DNA from: an uncultured Candidatus Poseidoniales archaeon
GTDB taxonomy: Archaea; Thermoplasmatota; Poseidoniia; Poseidoniales; Thalassarchaeaceae
Length of the DNA: 60,821 nt
Direction of reading: 5' to 3'
NCBI GenBank assembly: GCA_902530535.1
Contig: CACAAP010000005.1
Span: forward strand, 1 to 60,821
Shown here: piece after piece, positions 49,316 through 58,581 of the stretch
Layout: the number at the start of each line of letters is the position of its first letter
Position numbering within the stretch: the stretch's first letter is position 1
The notes under the pieces: generated by a model
Database searches by the model: none
What the model was told of the DNA's origin: nothing
The model's input: only the letters and a program-made list of their open reading frames with translations
Made by a program: the position numbers and the translations under genes

Positions 49316-52300
49316 TTAAGAAGTTCTGTCATCATAGCGAATTGGCGATCCGCTATTCCCCCTTATTCCATCCAACAGGTCATCGTCTATCTCGAAGAAG
49401 TCGTTCAACCAATCCCCATCTGTATCCCAATTCGTAGGATCTGTACCATCTGCGACCAAATCACCGTCAATATCCAGAATCCACCAACCATAGGCATACT
49501 CACCTAGGCCAATGTTTGGAAGATGGAAACGATCTCCTGCAATCCTGTTGAACTCGTCGGTCCATGCCCCGTTAACCATGGTGACATCGTTACTAGAGTT
49601 CACCTCCTGGTATGAAACATCATTGTCGTCGATTATTAATGCATAGAGCATATCGTTGTCATTTATTCTGTTAATCCTGAGGTAATTTGAGTCGGCTGTA
49701 TTGGATCCTGAACAAGTTCCAAGGAGAGTCTCACGAAGTTGCCACCACTCTTCGACATCTTCACCTGAGCAGTCAAAAAGAGCTGATGCCCTAACTATGG
49801 AAGGAGAGGAAAGGGTAGCGTTTACAACTGCGTAGTATTCCTGGAAGTTGTTGTATGGGACATAATCACAGACGCCCCCAGAGCACTCCCATTCTCCATC
49901 ATTATCCGCATCCTGAGTAGCATCGCTAGGGTCTGTAGCATCATGAGTGAACCATGTCCAATCTAATTGAGGCCTGGTAATCTGTCCATCGGAGAACTGG
50001 ATGGGCTTCCAATTCTGAGGCGTCACTTCAATCCACTGAACCTGAATTTTCAAGAAAGAAGACCAATTATCGTTAGTCTCGTTCCAACCCCTGTGGAACT
50101 CATAGAAATCTGGCATCATGTCTCCATCTGTGTCATTATCCAATGGATTTGTTCCATACTTGAACATCTCTCTGCCATCTGAGAGGCTCATGTCTTGGCG
50201 ATAGTCTACGACTACTCCATTGGCAATAACGGGCGTCATCATTACAGAGTCTGAGTCGGAATCCGGATCCAGCGGCCCTGTTCCATTTCTGTATTCCATA
50301 ATATTGGTGAAATAAAGGGAGTTGCCCCCGTTTCCAAACTGCTGATCATCTGAAAATGGAGAAAAGGTCCTATCCTCCCAGACACCCTGAATTGCTGGAG
50401 TATCTAGAATATCCCTATCCAACCAACCGTCTGCATCTGGGTCATAATCGACATCTAGGGGATTCAATGGGTTTAGGGACCAACGTAATGAGTTTACAGG
50501 TAGAATCTCTGAATATACTGAATAGCAGTATTCCCAGCCATCTAGCATCCCATCTCCATCGGAGTCGCTGTCTGTGGGATCACTGATGCCAATCAGAGAT
50601 CTGTTGAAGTTATCGGGGTCTTCTTGGTTAATCAGCCCCATCTTCTCAGACGATTTCAAGCTCTTTGTAGAGAATATTGAGTAAAGCCGATCCCATGCTG
50701 CTGAATTGGACAGTCCCTCCTCCTCAATTAGCGCATTTACAGTGTCTCTTCCGTATGATACCGCAGTAGTTCCATTTGGAACGTTCCCAATCTCTAGCCT
50801 CTTTCCATACCACCTAGAGTCGAACTCGGCTAGATTGTCGAATGACTCCGAGTCAGAAATCTCCCCATCCCCGTTGCAGTCGAACGAATCCTCATCGGAA
50901 TCAAAATCTACATCAGTGTCGGTGAGGGGATTCATTGTCCATTTGTTCTCCTCGAGATCCCATTCAGAGAACCAGTACTCATACCCATCAACCATTCCAT
51001 CCCTGTCAGTATCAGGATCCTTGGGGTCAGTTACTCCGAATATTGCTTGTAGCATCGGCTTTGCTGGCATCCCTGACTTCCATTCTAGGTACTGGTTCAT
51101 TCCAAGGTCAGCCCTTCCCTCTTTACTGAATAAAATCCTAAAAACTCTATTTTCGAAGGCTAAGTTATCGATTTCCCGGGCTTCATCGCCAAAGGTTGGT
51201 ACGCCCAGCGGATAGGTTTCCCCATTTATCGGTAAGTTGGATGTTAGATTCAATTCTACCAAGTCTCCGACCCCATCTCCATCCGAGTCATACCCGCCCT
51301 GATTTGGAACTAGGGGGTTTAGTGTCCATACTGAGTCAGTAGAGTTCCAAGTGGTGAAAATAACTTCTATCCCATCTAACAACCCGTCCCCGTCAGTATC
51401 AGGGTTGTTGGGGTCTGATGAAGTACCTGTTAACCCAGACTGTTCTGCCGTCAAAAAATGGCCAAATGATAGTGACGATTCTGCACCGATCCAAGGAGTC
51501 TCGACAAGAGCTCCGGCCGCGTCGGTCAAGTAGAACTGAGGAGATGAGATGGAGGGGTCTGACTCACTTACTTCGCTATCAATTGAATTATACTCTTCCC
51601 AATTTGACATTCCATCCAAATCTGGATCGCCTAGTCCGTCACCTCCGTTAACTGGATTTAGGGTCCAGTCATCATCAAACAAACTCCACCTGGCATGGAA
51701 AATCTCCCAACCATCTGGCATCCCATCGTTGTCCGAGTCTGAATTTAGAGGATCTGCTGAACCGATATCCTCTGTAGGTAGTCCAACCCACAGTGACAAG
51801 TAGTATTCACCGGTCCTCTCGCCGAATGCCTCATTTGCCAGACCTTGCCATGAGTGATGGGGCAAGGAGGAGGTGAAATTATCAGGATATTTCATTCCAG
51901 AGTGAGTTGAGTCCTGTAGAAGGATTTCTGATTTCATGTGATATTCTAACCAGTTAACAAAGGCCTCTTCTTGTTCAATGAATCCGTTTTTGTTTACATC
52001 GAAACCATCGCCATCAGGATTCTTTAGTGCGTCAGAGCCATTCATTGGATTTATTCCTGAACTAGATGAGGGCCAGTTGCAGGAGTATCTTGCCTCCCAT
52101 CCATCTGGTAGTGAGTCTCCGTCTGAGTCGACTTGATTGGGGTTAGTAGGAGTCCAATTTAATACTGAATCGGGAGACTCCCCATGAGATTGAATTCCCG
52201 TAAGTTTCGATCTTTCCCTCAGCCTCTCCCACTCGTACTCACAAAGATTTGTCAGACCGTCACCATCAGCGTCTTCGTTCGCATCATCTGGGTTATTCGG

Positions 52301-55030
52301 ATCCAAAGTCCAGTCGTTTCCCCCGGTATATACGTCCCCTATCCATCTCCTATGCTTTATTTCCCATCCGTCCGGCATCCCATCGCCATCCGAGTCGGGA
52401 TTGGTCGGATCAGTGGGCAAATCACTCCCACCACTGGATCCGGTCCCAGTCCACCCCCCCATGTGGACATCTGATGCAGATTGGCCAAGGACAGAATCGC
52501 AGAGATATTGTTGATTGAGATAATGACATTCAAAATTAGTGGGTTCTAGGAACCATCCCCAGTATTCCTCGCCATCTGTTAGACCGTCTCCATCAGTGTC
52601 TGAAACTCTGGGATCTGTGCCATTGTGCCCGTATTCAGAGGGAGCTGTGAAGCGATATTCTTCCAAATTACTCCAGTATCTGTCAAATCCGAAACCTATT
52701 CCGACGCCAATAGACACTCCATCTGCGTCATTATCTCTTGAGCCATCGAATGGGTCTGTTGGATCCAGACCGTAGGCAAACTCCCAACCATCTGGCATCC
52801 CATCTAGATCAGAGTCATGTGAGTGTGGATCCATTGGCGCGATATTCATGAATCTCCCCGGAGATATTCCAGCGAAAATCCACATCTCCCCATCTCTCTG
52901 CAGTGATGCCAGTGTGGTGACAAGGCCAGGTATGTCAGTCTGATTCAGCATAGTTCCAAGTATTCCATCCGAATCACCCTCCAAGCACCAAGTTCCATCC
53001 ATTGATCCAAGCACTATCGTCCCATCTAGGGGCAATATTGCTCTGACGTCGTTTGAACCAGATAGAAGGCCGTCCAGATTTAGCATCCTTTCATTGCTGA
53101 TGGACTCTCTTGGTTGAGAGATAAATAGATCCATGGTAATCTGATGAAGTCCCCCCCCCATGCCCAGCCAAACATCATCTGAGCCACTGTTTGACTCTTC
53201 AACAACTATGCTATTGACAACTGCGGTCTTTCTCGAATCAAGTATGTCAGGATTAACGAATTCATCAGCATTGTTGGAAGTAAAAACCCACCAGGGGCTA
53301 CCGATATCCTCAGAGGCATCTGTTGAGTTCCAGGCAATTAATCCGAAGTCGGTCCCCACTAGGAGAATCGGGGTTCTACCGAAAATCTTAGCCTGAGCGA
53401 TTGATTTTACCGTTGCCTTAGCATCTTCAAGAAGCGAAAAGAGAGGTTCTATTGCTGAAATCTCCGATTGAATAAGCGTTGACTGTTCCTCAGAGAATGT
53501 AACCTTCCAGACTTCTTCGCCAATTAGTAGGATCCCCAAGTCAATAGACTCTGATTCTATTGGGTAAATTACTGAGATTTCACCAATCTCATTAGTAGTC
53601 ATTGACTCCATTATCGGTATTCCGTTTTCCATTATAATTGAGTGAAAACCGATGTTTGAACCCAGTAATAGGAAATCGAGACCTCCTACTGAATTTCTCT
53701 CCATCACATTGATCTCAAGTCCGGCCGGCATTCCAAATGATGAGGAGGTCCCCCTAAACGGATCAAGAACTGTAATTCCATATTTGCTCCCAATTACAAG
53801 CCTCTCTCTTGGTTGGTCGGGTATGATGCTGTGAACGGAAGAGTCAGTGATTCTGATTGCAGTAGAGTGATCGAAACTAAGCGTGTTGCCATGATCTGAA
53901 AATATCTCGAAGCCCCTTACACCGGGGACTACGCTTGCCCTATCATCGAAATCCACCATATATTCTTCGTAGTTACTGAATGCCTCTCCCCACTGAGAGG
54001 TATCAATTGTTACATCCTGTGTAACAAAACCATCTCCGTCAATATCCCATCCATCGAAGTCAGAGTCTATCGTGGCATCACTAGCATTCAATGGATCTAG
54101 CCCATATTGGGCCTCCCAGCCGTCAGGAATACCGTCTCCAATTATCTCCAATTGCGACGGAGTTAGTTCATCCCAGAAGAAATAGTCAGAGTCTGAAAAT
54201 CTCGGATCGCTCCCCATCCAACCAGATTCGCCCGTTGGCCTCTCAATCTGGTCCTGACAAGAGTCCTCGGTAAGACCCTCAATTTGCCCCCAGCACCACA
54301 AGCCGTCTCTTTCAGTAACCCAGTCATCAGGAGTTCCAAACAAGTATTCCTCTACGTTGGTGAACATTTCTCCCACATCTATTTCCCCGTCACTATTGAA
54401 GTCGAATCCATCTCCACAACCCCAACTAAAGTCGGCCTCACATCTATCGAAATCTATGTTCACGTCACTTGGATCTAGAGGGTCAAAATACCGGCATTCC
54501 CAGAAATTATTGGGATTAAGTGGATCGTTTGGGTCCTTTTTGTAGAGTCCCCCTAATGTACACATGTGTACTTCATAACCATCAGGAAGTCCGTCGCCAT
54601 CGGTGTCAGACACCCTTGGATCCAAGTATTCCCTTAGCCCGGATTTGGTTTCTTCGGGTGGTTTTCCTGTTAGCGTGTTCCTCTCCTCGAAGCAGTTATC
54701 CAGGGTGTAAGGCCAGCAGTATTCTTGTAACGCGGTCAGACCATCTCTATCATGATCAGTTGAGTTGTCTGTAGAGTCGGATGGATTCAGCCCAGATATG
54801 GCCATCTTCATTCCAGACAAGTCAATCTCAACTGATTCACCAAAGATAACCTCGTATAGATCGGGGACTAGGTCGCCGTCCTGGTCTGTAACGGGCGATT
54901 CTGTACCCTCAGCCTCATTGGGATTTGTGGATGAAACCGGAGATTGTGGTCTTGTCTGTGAAACAAAAGCAAGGCTAGAAAAAATCAGCAGGGAAACTAG
55001 CAATGCTGTCTGCTTCCTACGCATTCGCAC
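49316..55030 (-). CDS. Giant (1904 aa) secreted protein with >20 DxDxDG calcium-binding (TSP3-like) repeats and a central beta-rich domain
   Basis: N-terminal signal/anchor; recurring D[ST]DxDGxxDGxE...[DN]P motifs; very acidic. Confidence 0.85.
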   Translation of the reverse strand: MRMRRKQTALLVSLLIFSSLAFVSQTRPQSPVSSTNPNEAEGTESPVTDQDGDLVPDLYEVIFGESVEIDLSGMKMAISGLNPSDSTDNSTDHDRDGLTALQEYCWPYTLDNCFEERNTLTGKPPEETKSGLREYLDPRVSDTDGDGLPDGYEVHMCTLGGLYKKDPNDPLNPNNFWECRYFDPLDPSDVNIDFDRCEADFSWGCGDGFDFNSDGEIDVGEMFTNVEEYLFGTPDDWVTERDGLWCWGQIEGLTEDSCQDQIERPTGESGWMGSDPRFSDSDYFFWDELTPSQLEIIGDGIPDGWEAQYGLDPLNASDATIDSDFDGWDIDGDGFVTQDVTIDTSQWGEAFSNYEEYMVDFDDRASVVPGVRGFEIFSDHGNTLSFDHSTAIRITDSSVHSIIPDQPRERLVIGSKYGITVLDPFRGTSSSFGMPAGLEINVMERNSVGGLDFLLLGSNIGFHSIIMENGIPIMESMTTNEIGEISVIYPIESESIDLGILLIGEEVWKVTFSEEQSTLIQSEISAIEPLFSLLEDAKATVKSIAQAKIFGRTPILLVGTDFGLIAWNSTDASEDIGSPWWVFTSNNADEFVNPDILDSRKTAVVNSIVVEESNSGSDDVWLGMGGGLHQITMDLFISQPRESISNERMLNLDGLLSGSNDVRAILPLDGTIVLGSMDGTWCLEGDSDGILGTMLNQTDIPGLVTTLASLQRDGEMWIFAGISPGRFMNIAPMDPHSHDSDLDGMPDGWEFAYGLDPTDPFDGSRDNDADGVSIGVGIGFGFDRYWSNLEEYRFTAPSEYGHNGTDPRVSDTDGDGLTDGEEYWGWFLEPTNFECHYLNQQYLCDSVLGQSASDVHMGGWTGTGSSGGSDLPTDPTNPDSDGDGMPDGWEIKHRRWIGDVYTGGNDWTLDPNNPDDANEDADGDGLTNLCEYEWERLRERSKLTGIQSHGESPDSVLNWTPTNPNQVDSDGDSLPDGWEARYSCNWPSSSSGINPMNGSDALKNPDGDGFDVNKNGFIEQEEAFVNWLEYHMKSEILLQDSTHSGMKYPDNFTSSLPHHSWQGLANEAFGERTGEYYLSLWVGLPTEDIGSADPLNSDSDNDGMPDGWEIFHARWSLFDDDWTLNPVNGGDGLGDPDLDGMSNWEEYNSIDSEVSESDPSISSPQFYLTDAAGALVETPWIGAESSLSFGHFLTAEQSGLTGTSSDPNNPDTDGDGLLDGIEVIFTTWNSTDSVWTLNPLVPNQGGYDSDGDGVGDLVELNLTSNLPINGETYPLGVPTFGDEAREIDNLAFENRVFRILFSKEGRADLGMNQYLEWKSGMPAKPMLQAIFGVTDPKDPDTDRDGMVDGYEYWFSEWDLEENKWTMNPLTDTDVDFDSDEDSFDCNGDGEISDSESFDNLAEFDSRWYGKRLEIGNVPNGTTAVSYGRDTVNALIEEEGLSNSAAWDRLYSIFSTKSLKSSEKMGLINQEDPDNFNRSLIGISDPTDSDSDGDGMLDGWEYCYSVYSEILPVNSLRWSLNPLNPLDVDYDPDADGWLDRDILDTPAIQGVWEDRTFSPFSDDQQFGNGGNSLYFTNIMEYRNGTGPLDPDSDSDSVMMTPVIANGVVVDYRQDMSLSDGREMFKYGTNPLDNDTDGDMMPDFYEFHRGWNETNDNWSSFLKIQVQWIEVTPQNWKPIQFSDGQITRPQLDWTWFTHDATDPSDATQDADNDGEWECSGGVCDYVPYNNFQEYYAVVNATLSSPSIVRASALFDCSGEDVEEWWQLRETLLGTCSGSNTADSNYLRINRINDNDMLYALIIDDNDVSYQEVNSSNDVTMVNGAWTDEFNRIAGDRFHLPNIGLGEYAYGWWILDIDGDLVADGTDPTNWDTDGDWLNDFFEIDDDLLDGIRGNSGSPIRYDDRTS

Positions 55031-55194
55031 ACCCCTGTGTAAATCCCGACTTCAGAGATTTATCATGGTGATGGAGCGTCGTTCGGACATATCACGATGG
55101 GAAGGGTGGAGAAAAGTGCTGTAGGGGGAAATCGAGATTATTATGTGATGAGGACGGATTTGTTCAAAGAGCGCCTCGAGGCAGGCACTCAATT

Positions 55195-55998
55195 ATGGGG
55201 ATTGGCATTACTCACCTCGGTTCAGGAAGTCGTGGAAATGCTACCTTAATTTCCTCAGGAGAGTACAATGTCCTGGTTGATTGTGGATTCAGTCTAAGAC
55301 AGACTGAGAAAAGGCTCAGGATAGCAGGATTTGATCCGAAATCAATAGATTCGATTGTCGTAACTCATCATCACAAGGATCATTCTGGATCTGCGCTAAA
55401 TGCATCGAAAAAATGGTCTTCTGTTCTGCACTGTAATGGCGGAACCGCCTCAAGGATGGGACTAGAAGAGGGCGAGTTCGCAGAATTCGGGAGTCTGGAA
55501 AGAATTCAGTTTTCGCCCAATTTGAGTATGCTAGCTATACCTGTACCTCACGATGATGCAGATAACGTAGCATTGGTTGCTAGCGATGGGAACGGCGAGA
55601 GAGCCGCGATTGTAACCGATTTAGGGGAGGCCCCAGATGACTTAGTCAAGCATCTCTCGAGTTGTAATCATATTTCCATAGAGGCTAACTACGATCATGG
55701 GAGGCTCATGTCTGGACCTTATCCTGATTCCCTGAAGAGGAGAATCTCAGGAAGAGGGGGTCACCTTTCCAATAGTCAAGCTGGAGAGGTACTTCTTCGT
55801 TCAATGAATAAGGACCTGAGGAGCATTGTTCTTTGCCACCTCTCGGAGAGTAATAACGCACCCCACCTTGCTGAGAGTGAGGTCCTTCTAGCTATAGGGG
55901 ACGAGTTCGAAGGAAATATCTCGATCTCAAAACAATTGGGCCCAGAGTTCAGCTACTGGACAGGTCAGGAAGAGCCCAGCAAAATTCTGGCTTCTTGA
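55195..55998 (+). CDS. MBL-fold metallo-hydrolase (YycJ/WalJ-like)
   Basis: LGSGSRGN, VDCG, THHHKDH, VPHD, TDLG, EANYD, GHLSN, HLSESNN. Confidence 0.9.
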   Translation: MGIGITHLGSGSRGNATLISSGEYNVLVDCGFSLRQTEKRLRIAGFDPKSIDSIVVTHHHKDHSGSALNASKKWSSVLHCNGGTASRMGLEEGEFAEFGSLERIQFSPNLSMLAIPVPHDDADNVALVASDGNGERAAIVTDLGEAPDDLVKHLSSCNHISIEANYDHGRLMSGPYPDSLKRRISGRGGHLSNSQAGEVLLRSMNKDLRSIVLCHLSESNNAPHLAESEVLLAIGDEFEGNISISKQLGPEFSYWTGQEEPSKILAS

Positions 55999-58527
55999 CT
56001 ATCTCCCCATTACAGCCCTGTGGACTGAGTTCTGGACTTCCTTCATCCTTCCAACTGCTCCGAGCTCCCTGAATAGAGACAGCGATCTCTGGAGATAGTT
56101 CATCCTCTGAGATCGATCGGATTCGACTTCACCCAGTCTTGCCAGTAACTCTCCCTGCAGCATTCTAAAGTCATTTGACTCGGCTACGGCTAGACCGTTT
56201 AGGTAGTGCTCTGCTGCTTCCTCCCTTCTACCTGCATCGATCAAAACCTGACCGAGTAGCATCTCTACTTCCACTGTACTTTGTGGATCATTCTGATCGG
56301 ATAGGGTGTCCAGTGCACCCGAGTAGTGTAGAAGTGCTAGGTCATTATCTGAAATTTTTGCGTAGTATCTCCCAAGAACCGCTCTTGATCTAGCGTGTAG
56401 GAAATCCTGATTGGAGTCCTTGGTATTCTCATAGGCAAAAAGAGCATGTTCCCTTGCCCTATCTAGCTCGCCCATCTCAATAAATGCAGAGGCCAATCTA
56501 ATTCTAGCCTCATTTAGTTCCGGATCTTTCTCTTTGTCCAGAAGATCCTCGACATTCCCATAGACCTCGAGTGCGCGTCGAGAATCCCTCCTCCTACGGA
56601 AAATATGACCCATATTATTGTAAGTCCTAGCAGCACCTACTGCGTCTCTAATCTCAATCTGAATCTTGAGCGCGTTCCTGTGCAGCTCGAGAGCATCGTC
56701 CATTGCACCTCTCTTGACGGCTATGTCTGCTCTGGCTGATAGTAGACGGGCTAACTCGGAGCTTGGCATGTTAGCGCCAACGTGCTTTGTTGCAGCGTCG
56801 TATTGCTCCTCTGCTTCGTCCCACCTTCCCTGAATAGTCAGTATATCTCCCTTCAGTTCTCTGATTAGTCCCCGACTCTTTGAATCGAAATCACTGCTTT
56901 CCAGAGAGTTGAGGATTGAGAGAAGTTCTGTGTGTCCAGAACTTACTAGGCCATGTCCTTCTGTAAGCAAAACCTCTGCTAGACCCTCTTCATCTCCAGT
57001 CTGACTCAAGTGGTGAATGAACTCTATTCGATCTGCAGCATCGTCCATTTTCCCCCGATACCATTTCACTGCTGCAGCATGGAGATCTGTTTTCATTTCA
57101 TGGTCCATGGATCTGAGTAAGAACTCCCTTACTAGATCGTGGACATCAAAATTTTCTGCATCTGACTGTCTTGCTAGTCCCTTTTCTACCAATTCATCTA
57201 TCAGGTCGACGCTTCCCTCGATTTGATGGATTGCTTGGATAGGAACTGGCTCTCTGAAAACCGCAATTGCCCCTAATAGGCGTTTCTCGGTTCCTGAAAG
57301 CCTACTGAAAATCTCCTTCTCCACAAATGCCTCTAGTGTGGCGTGAAAGGTCTCAGCAACATTGCCCCTATTGATTAGTTCAAGAATTAGTGGGTGCCCC
57401 CTAGACAACGAGTAAATATGCATAAATTGATCAGAATCCATCTTTGGCATGGCCGTGAGAATCTGTCTGCTGGACTCCTCATCTAGTCCCTGAAGAGGCA
57501 TGACCAGGGTTACGATATTCCCAGATTGGTCGGATTCGGGGACTACCATCCTGAATGATCTGGAGAACATCACGAGTCCCACTTCATTCAAAGAGTGAAT
57601 TCTTAGAGTGAGTTCCCTCAAAATCGAGTATAGCGTCTCATCGCCAACTTTGTGCAGATCGTCTATTACAATCAGTGACGGAGATTCGGATAAACCTGCA
57701 GAGATTAGGTTCACGGCCATACTAGTCTGAGGAACTGGGGTTGAAGCCAGATAGTCAGACAGATCGTTATGTCCAACCGCAGAGAGCCACTCGGCACATG
57801 CCTCAAGAAAGGCCCTAGATCCCTCCCAGTCCTGACACCTATGGTAAAGGAGGTTTCTCCGGTGTGTAAATCGGTCGAGAATCTTGGTAGAAAGTGAGGT
57901 CTTCCCAATTCCTGCAATCCCTGGGACCAGGATTGATGCCGACTTGGCTTCGAGGAGATTGGCCATTACGTCCAATTCTTTCTCCCTACCATAGAATCTC
58001 CTCGTTCTAGGAAGATCGTTTAGGTAAGAAACAAGTTGTTTCTCGATGTGTTTGGAAAGGTCCCTCTCAACCAATTCGGATGAAAGTCCTGACAGGTCAA
58101 TTGTCCCTGAATCGTCCATGTATCGAAGCATGTCCACATGTCTAAGTGGGAGTTCAGATGACTCGATTGCGTATGCAAGAGTTGTAGATTCAGAGCGGCC
58201 ATCTGAATGAATAACTCGTACCTTGTTCTCAGATATCCTAGACCAAATTTCATCTGCAACCTTGGCACCCTCATCAGTTAGGAAGTAGGCTTTCCTCTTC
58301 CTAGAGACGCCGGTGACATGCGCCTGGCGTTCGACAAGATGGCCGGCCTCTTTCATCCCAGATATTGCCCTCGGAACATTTGATCTCGCAATGGAGACCG
58401 CATTTGCTATGCCCATCTGGGAAAGTGCGAATGGGACTTCGACTTTATCCGTATGATCTACATAGTCACTTAGATGTAGGAATATCCTCTCCTGTACCCC
58501 GGGTCGTGAAGAAGTGCCCGCTGTCAT
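55999..58527 (-). CDS. STAND-class NTPase: N-terminal winged HTH + NB-ARC-like ATPase + TPR repeats
   Basis: wHTH (SQMGIANAV..RSNVPRAI..KAYFLTDEG); FYGREKE; Walker A GIAGIGKT; Walker B IVIDDLH; GHPL; VHDLVRE; TPR array. Confidence 0.88.
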   Translation of the reverse strand: MTAGTSSRPGVQERIFLHLSDYVDHTDKVEVPFALSQMGIANAVSIARSNVPRAISGMKEAGHLVERQAHVTGVSRKRKAYFLTDEGAKVADEIWSRISENKVRVIHSDGRSESTTLAYAIESSELPLRHVDMLRYMDDSGTIDLSGLSSELVERDLSKHIEKQLVSYLNDLPRTRRFYGREKELDVMANLLEAKSASILVPGIAGIGKTSLSTKILDRFTHRRNLLYHRCQDWEGSRAFLEACAEWLSAVGHNDLSDYLASTPVPQTSMAVNLISAGLSESPSLIVIDDLHKVGDETLYSILRELTLRIHSLNEVGLVMFSRSFRMVVPESDQSGNIVTLVMPLQGLDEESSRQILTAMPKMDSDQFMHIYSLSRGHPLILELINRGNVAETFHATLEAFVEKEIFSRLSGTEKRLLGAIAVFREPVPIQAIHQIEGSVDLIDELVEKGLARQSDAENFDVHDLVREFLLRSMDHEMKTDLHAAAVKWYRGKMDDAADRIEFIHHLSQTGDEEGLAEVLLTEGHGLVSSGHTELLSILNSLESSDFDSKSRGLIRELKGDILTIQGRWDEAEEQYDAATKHVGANMPSSELARLLSARADIAVKRGAMDDALELHRNALKIQIEIRDAVGAARTYNNMGHIFRRRRDSRRALEVYGNVEDLLDKEKDPELNEARIRLASAFIEMGELDRAREHALFAYENTKDSNQDFLHARSRAVLGRYYAKISDNDLALLHYSGALDTLSDQNDPQSTVEVEMLLGQVLIDAGRREEAAEHYLNGLAVAESNDFRMLQGELLARLGEVESDRSQRMNYLQRSLSLFRELGAVGRMKEVQNSVHRAVMGR

Positions 58528-58581
58528 GGAAACTCAACTCTTGGACTCACTCAATAATGTTAGGAGGACATGTGACTCCGA

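Noticed and set aside
49316-55030. Repeats as a CRISPR array or DNA tandem repeat
   Set aside because: Repetition is at the protein level with diverged codons; no identical repeat-spacer pattern was noticed anywhere in the window
55195-58527. MBL hydrolase + STAND as an Avs1-like antiviral system
   Set aside because: The genes are convergent, the MBL is a typical YycJ-like housekeeping enzyme, and the STAND has an HTH rather than a protease or nuclease effector
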